Origin: an uncultured Acidimicrobiales bacterium | GTDB lineage: Bacteria; Actinomycetota; Acidimicrobiia; Acidimicrobiales; SHLQ01 | Length of the DNA: 64,000 nt | Assembly (NCBI GenBank): GCA_964562985.1 | Contig: CAZLWE010000004.1 | Span: forward strand, 17,338 to 81,337 | Direction of reading: 5' to 3' | Shown: positions 10,376-18,379 of the stretch, one piece after another | Layout: the number at the start of each line of letters is the position of its first letter | Numbering within the stretch: the stretch's first letter is position 1 | Made by a program: the position numbers and the translations under genes | The notes under the pieces: generated by a model | Databases searched by the model: none | What the model saw: only the letters and a program-made list of their open reading frames with translations | What the model was told of the DNA's origin: nothing

Positions 10376-11371
10376 ATGAAATTTGGTTGGCTTGCCAGTC
10401 ATGAGTCGAATCAACCCGAGGTGCTAATCGACCAAACGGTCCGTGCTGAGGAGGTTGGCTTCGACGCGGTCTTTGCTTCCGATCATTTTCATCCCTGGGT
10501 AGACCAGGAATCAGCGTCTGCCTTTGTGTGGAGCTGGTTCGGTGCAGCCGTCGCTCGCACCAAGCACATCGAGTTCGCCACCTCGGTAACCTGCCCACTC
10601 TTCCATTACCACCCAGCGATGGTCGCCCAAGCTGCGGCCACGGTCGATCGCCTGTCCGACGGGCGTTTCTTTCTCGGCGTTGGTACCGGAGAGAACATCA
10701 ACTCCGGCCCGCTTGGCTATCCCTTCCCCGGCTACAAGGAGCGCATTGCCCGGATGGACGAGGCGCTCGAGATCATGCATCGCCTGTTCGATGGAGAGAA
10801 GCTCGATTTTCCCGGCGAGTTCTACACCTGTGATAAGGCCAAGCTCTACAGCCCGCCGGTTTCAGAGGTACCCATATACATGGCTGCTGGCGGCCCGAAG
10901 TCCGCTGCCTTCGCAGGAGCGAACGCCGACGGCCTAATCACGTCCGTGAAGGACCCTGCAGACACGCTCGAACGAGTGATCACGCCGTTCCGTGAAACGT
11001 CAAACGAAGCTGGTCGCGGCGATCTCCCGATCATGGGAACTCGTTGGGTCGTGTGGGCCGATAGCGACGACGAAGCATGGGAAGCCCTCGCTGCCATGCG
11101 CGGCCTTCGGGCGCCGGGTCGTCTCGAAGCGGTAGACCCGATGGTGTTACGCGAGCGCGCTGACGAGATGGACCGTAACGAAATTCTGGAGAAGTACACG
11201 GTGGTGTCCTCAGTCGATCAGATCATCGACGCATACGCACCGCTCGTAACCGACATCGGCGCCGAGTACATCTCAATTCAGATCGCTGCCGTCGACCTCA
11301 TGTCGACGATCGAGATGGTCGGCAATGAGGTTCTACCAGCGTTGCGCGAACTCGAAACGCCTAAGGGCTAG
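10376..11371 (+). CDS. LLM-class F420-dependent oxidoreductase (G6PD-family-like)
   Basis: ATG at 10376 is preceded by GAAGGAGG. The MKFGWLASHE...DHFHPW...FLGVGTGE pattern is that of the luciferase-like F420-dependent family. The upstream extension in the ORF track is antisense overlap. Confidence 0.8.
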   Translation: MKFGWLASHESNQPEVLIDQTVRAEEVGFDAVFASDHFHPWVDQESASAFVWSWFGAAVARTKHIEFATSVTCPLFHYHPAMVAQAAATVDRLSDGRFFLGVGTGENINSGPLGYPFPGYKERIARMDEALEIMHRLFDGEKLDFPGEFYTCDKAKLYSPPVSEVPIYMAAGGPKSAAFAGANADGLITSVKDPADTLERVITPFRETSNEAGRGDLPIMGTRWVVWADSDDEAWEALAAMRGLRAPGRLEAVDPMVLRERADEMDRNEILEKYTVVSSVDQIIDAYAPLVTDIGAEYISIQIAAVDLMSTIEMVGNEVLPALRELETPKG

Positions 11372-11610
11372 CGCAGCCCGAGGAACAGCGACACCAGGCT
11401 GACGAACGTGACGGCGAGCGCGAGGTAGGTGCCAACGTTCTTGGCCTTCTCAATGTTCACCGCCAGAATCGTCAGCTGCCGGCGCATATCGATCATCTCG
11501 CTCCGAAGCGAACCCACCTCACCCAATATGTCGCCGCGAAGACCAGCCATTTCGGCACGCGTCTCATTCAGCCGTGCCTCAATCAAGGTAAGGCGAGCGT
11601 CGTCGAGCAC
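11368..11610 (-). CDS. hypothetical coiled-coil protein with C-terminal TM helix (possibly frameshifted 5' part up to 11711)
   Basis: Heptad-like charged sequence followed by a hydrophobic tail (YLALAVTFVSLVSLFLGL). A protein-like 5' segment lies in another frame upstream (see findings). Confidence 0.5.
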   Translation of the reverse strand: MLDDARLTLIEARLNETRAEMAGLRGDILGEVGSLRSEMIDMRRQLTILAVNIEKAKNVGTYLALAVTFVSLVSLFLGLR

Positions 11611-11707
11611 CTTCTCAGTATCGGTGACGCTTGCGTACTTGTCGAGAGCAGCCTTGATCTGCGCTTGATCCGCGACTCGATTTCTTTGTACTCCTGCTCG
11701 GTGATCG

Positions 11708-12055
11708 TCACGGAGCGCTCTGTTCCGACAAACCCAGACGTGCCCGCTCGAAGATTCGACCGGCCCGCACCCGTTGGGTGGGTTTGGCTACCGCCTCTCC
11801 TACGACTTCGGTTCGACTGGCCGTAGATCCGCCGACCGTGAAATACCGTCGGTTCACCGCACCGAGGACAACCACCGCATCACCCTGGTCGTAGGCCTGC
11901 ACTGATTTGGGCGCATCGTTCCACACCACGGGCACCGACTGTTTGACACCTTCGGTCTCGACCGCGACGTCCCAATTGGTGACGGTCACTCCCGATGCGA
12001 GCGTTCGCTCAGTGGGCTCACTCGACAACATTCCCTGCACAACGACGATGTTCAT
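11708..12055 (-). CDS. single-stranded-DNA-binding (OB-fold) like protein, no acidic tail
   Basis: MNIVVVQGMLSSEP..R.L.SG..V...DV is the typical SSB N-terminal OB-fold pattern. It is 115 aa and lacks the C-terminal acidic tip. Confidence 0.6.
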   Translation of the reverse strand: MNIVVVQGMLSSEPTERTLASGVTVTNWDVAVETEGVKQSVPVVWNDAPKSVQAYDQGDAVVVLGAVNRRYFTVGGSTASRTEVVGEAVAKPTQRVRAGRIFERARLGLSEQSAP

Positions 12056-12168
12056 CGTCTTGCTCCATTTTCATTTTCTGGACACGGGGGAAGTGCTGAT
12101 CGTCAACCTACCGATCGACTGTGACAGTGAACTTGTGCGTGAGGTCCCATCGCGCTGACAATCTGTCT

Positions 12169-12891
12169 ATGACTCCCGCAAGTCACCTCCGGTGGTTCGA
12201 AGAAAACACCGACTTCTTTGCATCGATCCGAACCGACGACTTGACCCTGCCCGTGTCGAGTTGTCCGGGGTGGATAGTGCTCGACCTGCTCAACCATCTG
12301 TCGTTCGGGCTGGGAGCCTGCTATCCGGTTGCAGCATCGACACCGCCCGAAACGCCACCCGAGTCGATCTTTGCAAAGCTCGATCGAGAGCATTGGGTGA
12401 TCGAGGGAAATGACGCGGTGACCTCATTCTCCGCACATATGCGCACATGCCTAAGTGCACTACGGGCCATCGACCCAGACCGCACATGCTGGACGTACGT
12501 GGGTCCGGGAACGGCTTCGTTCTGGTTCCTTCGGGCGGCAGCCGAGACAGCCCTTCACCGCCACGACGCCGAACTCACGCTCGGAATAACGCCCGCCCAG
12601 ATTTCGAACGAGCGCCTGACCGACGGCCTCAACGAAGCACTCAACTTCGCGCTGCCATTCGCCGCGACCAAAATCGGTTCGCCGAAGGGTTCGCTCACGA
12701 TCTCGTGCCCCGATATCGACCTGGAACGCTCCATCGGTTCCGGTGACGGTCACACAGAAATCTCGGCACCGGGACAAGCGATGCTTCTGGCACTATGGGG
12801 ACGCGAACGAGATCACGGACACGTCAGCGGCTCGCAAGAATTAGCTGATGGGTGGCTCTCGCTTGTCGAGAACGCGTTCGCAGGTCGCTGA
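12169..12891 (+). CDS. maleylpyruvate isomerase-family / DinB-like mycothiol-dependent enzyme domain protein
   Basis: ATG at 12169. The N-terminal block (..FFASIRTDDLTLPVSSCPGWIVLDLLNHL) resembles the MDMPI_N/DinB metal-binding domain. Confidence 0.65.
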   Translation: MTPASHLRWFEENTDFFASIRTDDLTLPVSSCPGWIVLDLLNHLSFGLGACYPVAASTPPETPPESIFAKLDREHWVIEGNDAVTSFSAHMRTCLSALRAIDPDRTCWTYVGPGTASFWFLRAAAETALHRHDAELTLGITPAQISNERLTDGLNEALNFALPFAATKIGSPKGSLTISCPDIDLERSIGSGDGHTEISAPGQAMLLALWGRERDHGHVSGSQELADGWLSLVENAFAGR

Positions 12892-12936
12892 CCAAACAGT
12901 CAGGTGGCTAACCGATGAATCGGGTGAGCCGACCAG

Positions 12937-14016
12937 CTACGTCGAGGAGCCTTCATAGAGCGGGCCATGCTCGATATTGGGAAGCACGTGCTCAGCGAAG
13001 AGGTCGGCTTCTGCGACGTGGGTGTAGCCGCTCAAAATGAACGCTCCCACGCCAACCTCTTGGTAGGCCCGAAGCTTGGCGAGCACCTGGTCGGGGTCGC
13101 CAACTATCGCCGCGCCCGCACCCGAGCGGGCGCGTCCGACGCCGGTCCAAAGGTTCTCCTCGACAAAGCCGTCGTCGGAGGAGGATTCACGCAACTCGTT
13201 CTGGCGAGACACGCCAGCGGACTTGGTGTCGAGGCTCTTCCCACGGATCTTCTCACCCTCTTCGGCATCGAGCTTCGAGAGCAACCGATCCGCAGCAGCG
13301 CGAGCCTCGGCTTCGGTCTCTCGGACGATGACGTGGGCTCGCAGCCCGTACTTCAATTCACGGTCATAGCCCGCGGCGAGTTTGGTCATCTCGGTCACCG
13401 TGTCGCCGACTCCGACGACGGTGTCGGGCCAGGTGAGAAATACGTCGGCATGCTCGGCGGCAGTGTCCTTCGCTGCGGGGCTGAAGCCACCGAAGTAGAA
13501 GGGTGGGCACTTCCCCGACACGGTTCGCATGCGCGGCGGGTCCACAACGAGATCGACGAACTCGCCGTGGTGCTCGACAGACTCGCCGTTGAGGAGCGCC
13601 CGCAGGACGGTCATCCACTCGCGGGTGCGCTGATAGCGGGGTGCCGATTCAAGCGGAGCACCCGGGATGTCGCTCGAGATGATGTTGATCGTGAGTCGAC
13701 CATTTGCCATCTGATCGATGGTGGCCAGCTGGCGGGCGAGCTGGGGCAACCACATCTCCCCCATCCGCACGGCGAGCAGCAGTTGGATCTGCATGGTGTG
13801 CGTCGCGATCGCCGCGGCGAACGATGTCGAATCCATCCCTAGCTGATAGCCCGACGGCAGCAGGACATTGTCATAGCCGAGGGTGTCGGCGGTCTTGACG
13901 ATGTTCGAACAATGCGGCCACGACGATTTCAAGTGGTCCTCTGGAACGCCGAGGTATTCATAGTCATCGTCGCAGAGCGCGCCGAACCATGAAATCTCTA
14001 CTGGTTGATCAGACAT
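12937..14016 (-). CDS. SsuD-type FMNH2-dependent (alkane)sulfonate monooxygenase family protein
   Basis: Start ATG at 14016; the 86-codon extension in the ORF track runs into the upstream AKR gene. Blocks PPFYFGGFS, LTWPD, HVIVRETEAEA, NLWTGVGRARSGAGAAIVGD and FILSGYTH line up with the SsuD blocks I know. Confidence 0.8.
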   Translation of the reverse strand: MSDQPVEISWFGALCDDDYEYLGVPEDHLKSSWPHCSNIVKTADTLGYDNVLLPSGYQLGMDSTSFAAAIATHTMQIQLLLAVRMGEMWLPQLARQLATIDQMANGRLTINIISSDIPGAPLESAPRYQRTREWMTVLRALLNGESVEHHGEFVDLVVDPPRMRTVSGKCPPFYFGGFSPAAKDTAAEHADVFLTWPDTVVGVGDTVTEMTKLAAGYDRELKYGLRAHVIVRETEAEARAAADRLLSKLDAEEGEKIRGKSLDTKSAGVSRQNELRESSSDDGFVEENLWTGVGRARSGAGAAIVGDPDQVLAKLRAYQEVGVGAFILSGYTHVAEADLFAEHVLPNIEHGPLYEGSST

Positions 14017-14071
14017 TTGGACTGAACCCTCTCTGGAAGCGAATCGAAAGTTGTTTGCACGCGGAACCAAG

Positions 14072-14980
14072 TCAAGGGAGCGGTACCCCCTCGCTGGCCT
14101 CGATGAGGTTGTACACATCGTTGCGGTCGAGATGAACGCTCGTGGCCTCGGCCGCGAACACCAGCCGAGCAGGCGTTTGGGTGCCGAGAAGTGCGACCGG
14201 CTTCGACGGGTGGGCCAGTACAAAGGCCACAGCGATCGCCGCACGATCAACGCCTTCGCGTTCGGCCAACTCATCGACGACCGTGAGGAGTTCAGGCCTC
14301 AGGCCCTCACCCGAGAAGAGTCGTCCTCCCGCCATGGGGCTCCATGCGAGGGGAACGACCCCATCGCGCATAGCTCGGTCGAATGTGCCGTCTCGCAGCG
14401 GTTGTGTATGAGCCAACGAATACTCGGGTTGTGTGGACACGATCGGCGCATTCATGTGCGCAGCAAGAGCGTCGTACTGGCCGACGGTGAAGTTGGAGAC
14501 TCCGACCATCGCAATCTTGCCGGCCGCGACCAGCTCGTCGAGCGTGGCAGCAACATCGGCGGGATGCGCGAACATATCCGGGCGGTGAATTTGCCACAGA
14601 TCGATGTGCTCTACGCCAAGGCGACCGAGTGACGCATCGACTGCCGACCGGAGATACTCCGGACTCGAGTCGTACGGCAGCGGCGGCATGATGCCACCCT
14701 TCGTAGCCAAGACCATGCGGTCCCGAAGTTCTGGGGCGGCGGCCAGTACTTCACCGAGTCGTTCCTCGTTTTGCCCGAAGCCCGTACCGCCGTGATCGAG
14801 CCCGTAGACATCGGCCGTGTCGATGAGGTTCATACCGTGGTCAAGGGCCGTCTCGATGAGTTCTTGGTTCTTGGACACGTCGCCCGAAGTAAGGCGCCAC
14901 GTGCCATATCCGAGGGCACCGATGTCGGTACCTGATGCAGAGAATGTGCGATTGGCGAAACTAACGAGGTTGGAAGACAT
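14072..14980 (-). CDS. aldo/keto reductase
   Basis: GYGTWRL...IDTADVYG...LATKGG pattern of the AKR superfamily. It is the first gene of a two-gene operon with the monooxygenase. Confidence 0.85.
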   Translation of the reverse strand: MSSNLVSFANRTFSASGTDIGALGYGTWRLTSGDVSKNQELIETALDHGMNLIDTADVYGLDHGGTGFGQNEERLGEVLAAAPELRDRMVLATKGGIMPPLPYDSSPEYLRSAVDASLGRLGVEHIDLWQIHRPDMFAHPADVAATLDELVAAGKIAMVGVSNFTVGQYDALAAHMNAPIVSTQPEYSLAHTQPLRDGTFDRAMRDGVVPLAWSPMAGGRLFSGEGLRPELLTVVDELAEREGVDRAAIAVAFVLAHPSKPVALLGTQTPARLVFAAEATSVHLDRNDVYNLIEASEGVPLP

Positions 14981-15013
14981 GGTTCTGATGGTAGCTCAAC
15001 TAGACTTGCTGAT

Positions 15014-15027
15014 TGCAAACGTTTACA
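15014..15027. promoter_or_regulatory. LacI-family operator candidate TGCAAACGTTTACA
   Basis: 14-bp near-perfect palindrome in the AT-rich divergent AKR / Gfo-Idh-MocA intergenic region. It differs by 1 nt from the site at 22174-22187. Confidence 0.7.
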
Positions 15028-15067
15028 TTATTGATAAATCAACGACAACACGAGAGTCAAATTTTTT

Positions 15068-16201
15068 ATGACTGACACACACCTTCGGTATGGCGTCATC
15101 GGTACTGGGATGATGGGCGTCGAACACATTCTCAATATCAAGGCTCTCGACAACACCGCGGTGACGGCCATTTGCGACACCGATGAGATCTCTCGCAAAG
15201 CTGGCCTCGAAGCTGCAGGCCCAGATGCGACCGTGTACGAGGACTATCGCGATCTACTCGCCGACGAGACCGTCGACGCGGTCGTAGTTGTCACCCCCAA
15301 CTTCACCCACATCGACGTCATGCGCAACGTGATCTCCTCCGGCAAACATGTGCTCTGTGAAAAGCCGCTGTGCATCACCGCGGCCGAATGCCAAACGCTG
15401 ATCGACGAGTCAGATGGCTACGACGGCGTCATCTGGGTCGGCCTCGAATATCGCTACATGCCCGCCGTCGAGGCACTGATCAAGGAGGTTCGAAACGGCT
15501 TCGTCGGCGATCCGAAGATGGTGGCGATTCGCGAGCATCGATTCCCGTTCCTGGTCAAGGTCGGCGACTGGAATCGTTTCAGCGCGAATACCGGTGGAAC
15601 GCTGGTCGAGAAGACCTGCCACTACTTCGACCTTATGAACCTCATCCTCGACGAGCGCCCATCCCAAGTGTTCGCATCGGGAGCCCAAGACGTGAACCAC
15701 CTGGACGAGACCTACGACGGAAAGCAAAGCGACATCTTGGACAACGCCTTCGTGATCATCGACTACCCGAGCGGCAAACGTGCGCTGCTCGATCTCTGCA
15801 TGTTCGCCGAGGCAACTCGTGATCAAGAAGAGCTTTCAGTTGTGGGCGACAAGGGGAAGGTCGACGCACGGATCCCCACGTCGGAGCTGCACCTTGGGAC
15901 CCGCTCAGGCGAGGGCATCCCCGATATCGGCCAGGTAGAAACCCGAAAAATAACCAACGACGCGATCCAACATGTCGGTCTCCACCACGGAGCGAGCTAT
16001 CTCGAGCACGTCGACTTTGCAGCTGCCATCCAAGCTCACCGCGCAGCTGGTGGCGGCGAAGCCGGTGCGGCGGCGGTTGCTGAGCTCGGCACCCTGGTAA
16101 GCCTCGAAGACGGAATGTGGTCCGTCGCGATGGGCGAAGCCGCCCACCGTTCCATCGAAGAAAACCGCCCAGTCTCCCTGCGCGAAATCATCGGGGTCTG
16201 A
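15068..16201 (+). CDS. Gfo/Idh/MocA family oxidoreductase
   Basis: N-terminal Rossmann motif YGVIGTGMMGVEHI and the EKP motif (LCEKPL). 377 aa. The stop codon lies inside the first REP-like palindrome. Confidence 0.85.
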   Translation: MTDTHLRYGVIGTGMMGVEHILNIKALDNTAVTAICDTDEISRKAGLEAAGPDATVYEDYRDLLADETVDAVVVVTPNFTHIDVMRNVISSGKHVLCEKPLCITAAECQTLIDESDGYDGVIWVGLEYRYMPAVEALIKEVRNGFVGDPKMVAIREHRFPFLVKVGDWNRFSANTGGTLVEKTCHYFDLMNLILDERPSQVFASGAQDVNHLDETYDGKQSDILDNAFVIIDYPSGKRALLDLCMFAEATRDQEELSVVGDKGKVDARIPTSELHLGTRSGEGIPDIGQVETRKITNDAIQHVGLHHGASYLEHVDFAAAIQAHRAAGGGEAGAAAVAELGTLVSLEDGMWSVAMGEAAHRSIEENRPVSLREIIGV

Positions 16202-16250
16202 CCCCTTCCGTCCCCATATGAGACGCGCGGGGTCAGACCCACTTCGTCCC
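16193..16250. repeat. REP-like doublet (left flank)
   Basis: GGGTCTGACCCC (16194-16205) and GGGGTCAGACCC (16229-16240) are exact reverse complements separated by 23 nt. Each is followed by a (T/C)TTC(C)GTCCC tail. Confidence 0.75.
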
Positions 16251-16345
16251 TCTTGTCACACCACCCGGCTACGTTGGCCTTTCGCTCGTTGCGATACCTC
16301 GGAAGCATCACGTTTCCCTCCATTCAATTTCTGGAATCGTGAACA

Positions 16346-17275
16346 ATGCCAAGACGCCCGAGAATCGACTACCCCGGCGCCTACCACCACGTAATGAACA
16401 GAGGCGCCGACCGTCAGGCCACATTTCGCTCCGAACGCGATCACAAGGACTTCACCTGTTTGTGGGCCGAAGCCGTGATTCGCTTTGGGATCGTTGTCCA
16501 CGCCTATGCCTGGATGGGGAACCATTACCACGCCCTAGTGATGTCACCCGACGCACAGCTCAGTGAAACCCTTCGGTGGATTGGCCATGTCTACACCCAG
16601 CGTTTCAACAAGCGCCACGGCCGAGATGGCGCTTTGTTTCGAGGGCGATTCCACTCGGTTTTGATCGACAGCGACGCATATCTACATCGAGTAGCTCGCT
16701 ACATCGAGCGGAACCCTCTCGAAGCGGGTCTTGCCACCCCAGAAAGCCTCGTTCGGTATAAGTGGTCAAGCCTTCAGCATTATCTAAACCCAACCTCGTC
16801 CGACTGGGTGGAGACCAAACCCTTACTCTCTCGACTTGGGTCCCGGCACGAGTACCTCCGACATGTGTTGTCGGATCATTCAGACGACGTGTTGGAGGGC
16901 TTTTATAATCGAGAAGAACAACCGCTTTTGGTGCTCGGCGACCAAGAGTTCGTTGACTCATTGCCCTGCGAAGTTGCCGGACTGAACCCAACCGTGGGTC
17001 TTACACACGTCTCGTTAGCAGAGATTGACTTTGCGCTCAGTCAGGTACGAGCGCTGCGGATCATCGGCACCAGAAGCCGTGGTCTAGCGGTCGAACTCGG
17101 ACAAAGACTTGCTGGCGCTACAAGACGCGAACTGGCCGACCACTACAACTTCAAGACGGTAAGTTCAGTCTCATCAGCAATCTCACGCAGCAAAGCGGAC
17201 CCCAACACCGCCGAAACGAGGCGGGCGATAATGAGCTACTTGGGGCGATCCAGCCAAGGACCGCTTGCGAGCTAG
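16346..17275 (+). CDS. Y1 (HUH) transposase, IS200-like/REP-associated type, with C-terminal DnaA-C-like HTH
   Basis: HUH motif in GNHYHALVM and a catalytic Tyr region RYIERNPLEAG. The C-terminal segment (RRELADHYNFKTVSSVSSAISR) resembles the DnaA domain IV HTH. Confidence 0.8.
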   Translation: MPRRPRIDYPGAYHHVMNRGADRQATFRSERDHKDFTCLWAEAVIRFGIVVHAYAWMGNHYHALVMSPDAQLSETLRWIGHVYTQRFNKRHGRDGALFRGRFHSVLIDSDAYLHRVARYIERNPLEAGLATPESLVRYKWSSLQHYLNPTSSDWVETKPLLSRLGSRHEYLRHVLSDHSDDVLEGFYNREEQPLLVLGDQEFVDSLPCEVAGLNPTVGLTHVSLAEIDFALSQVRALRIIGTRSRGLAVELGQRLAGATRRELADHYNFKTVSSVSSAISRSKADPNTAETRRAIMSYLGRSSQGPLAS

Positions 17276-17283
17276 AGCCGCAG

Positions 17284-17332
17284 GGGGTCTGACCCCAAAC
17301 GGCTCACTTCGGGACGGAGAGGGTCTGACCCC
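17284..17332. repeat. REP-like repeats (right flank)
   Basis: GGGGTCTGACCCC at 17284-17296 and GGGACGGAGAGGGTCTGACCCC at 17311-17332. Confidence 0.75.
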
Positions 17333-17344
17333 ATTGATCTGGGT

Positions 17345-17379
17345 CTGGTTGGCGAGGCTTTGAAGACCTCGCCAACCAG
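17345..17379. terminator. 13-bp perfect hairpin between convergent genes (bidirectional terminator candidate)
   Basis: CTGGTTGGCGAGG-ctttgaaga-CCTCGCCAACCAG lies between the transposase stop (17275) and the permease stop (17423). There is no U-tract on either strand. Confidence 0.5.
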
Positions 17380-17422
17380 GACCTGTGAAGGGGGGAACAG
17401 TGATGCGCTAGGGATCGCTTGG

Positions 17423-18379
17423 CTAACCCTTGACCGAACCAGCCAGTAGGCCGCGGACGAAGTAGCGCTGGAGACTGAAGAAGACAACGATCGGTACGAA
17501 CGCCTGGACGAATGCGCCCGCCGTCAGAAGATGTTCGGTATCGGTGAAGTCGCCCGACAGGTTCGCGATGCGAACCGTCGTAGGTGCATCCGAACCAATG
17601 CCGAGCATCGTGTTAGCGATCAGAAAGTCATTCCACGTCCACAAGAACTGGAAGATCCCGAACGCGGCCAGCGCCGGAACCGACAGCGGAAGCACCAGGC
17701 GCCAGAAGATCCCGAAATGATTCGCTCCGTCGATCTTGGCGGACTCGAAGATGTCCTTAGGCAGCTGCGAGATGTAGTTGTGCAACAAGAAGATCGCAAA
17801 CGGCATCGCGAAGCCAGTGTGGGTGAGCCATACGGAGGCGGATGTGCCAGCAAGGTTGTTCAACGGCACCAACGTGAGTGTCTTGTCGGTGAAAGGAACT
17901 GTGAGGTGAGCCCCACCAAAGGGATCACCGTCGCCGAACAGCTGAAGCAGCGGGATCAAGGCAACTTGGAGCGGCAACGCCAGCAATGAAACCGTCACGA
18001 TGAAGAGCCACTTGCGGCCTTTGAAGTCAATCCATGCAAAGCCGTAGGCGGCAAAGGCAGCGAACGCGATCGGGATGATTGTTGCGGGAATCGCAATGGA
18101 AAGGCTCGTGACCAGCGACGCGGTCAGGCTGCTGGTAGTTCCCGCCGAAAGCACCTCTTGGTAGTTCTCTAGCGTGATCTCGGGTTCGAAGATGATGTTC
18201 CAGAAGGCGTTTCGTCGCTGTCCGTCGCGACTACGGAACGAGTTAACGGCCAAGCTCAGATTCGGGATAGTCCAAATGACGACGATCGCCCACATCGCCC
18301 ACGTCGGAACGTCACTCAATCGCTTATAGAGACGATCGCCCAACCCGTCGCCAGATGAGGGATCGGTTACCGAGCTCAT
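17423..18379 (-). CDS. carbohydrate ABC transporter permease (MalG-like)
   Basis: Six-TM pattern with the EAA-type loop FESAKIDGANHFGIFWRLVLP. Overlaps the upstream permease by 4 nt. Confidence 0.85.
   Translation of the reverse strand: MSSVTDPSSGDGLGDRLYKRLSDVPTWAMWAIVVIWTIPNLSLAVNSFRSRDGQRRNAFWNIIFEPEITLENYQEVLSAGTTSSLTASLVTSLSIAIPATIIPIAFAAFAAYGFAWIDFKGRKWLFIVTVSLLALPLQVALIPLLQLFGDGDPFGGAHLTVPFTDKTLTLVPLNNLAGTSASVWLTHTGFAMPFAIFLLHNYISQLPKDIFESAKIDGANHFGIFWRLVLPLSVPALAAFGIFQFLWTWNDFLIANTMLGIGSDAPTTVRIANLSGDFTDTEHLLTAGAFVQAFVPIVVFFSLQRYFVRGLLAGSVKG

Larger units (their letters stand above)
16193..17332 (+). mobile_element. IS200-like/RAYT-type tyrosine transposase unit bounded by GGGGTCTGACCCC-type palindromic repeats
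   Basis: 22-nt inverted repeats flank the gene. GGGGTCAGACCCACTTCGTCCC (16229-16250) matches the reverse complement of 17311-17332 at 20 of 22 positions. Extra copies of the GGGGTCTGACCCC core lie at 16193-16205 and 17284-17296. Confidence 0.65.

Noticed and set aside
14017-14274. 5' extensions in ORF-track calls (here 86 codons; also 10247-10375, 42952-43158, 50878-50925, 51818-51913, 52363-52491, 24613-24723, 36984-37034, 37599-37658)
   Set aside because: The extensions overlap the preceding gene or are Arg/Ser-rich. Internal ATG/GTG starts with GGAGG-like RBSs give N-termini that match the family pattern.
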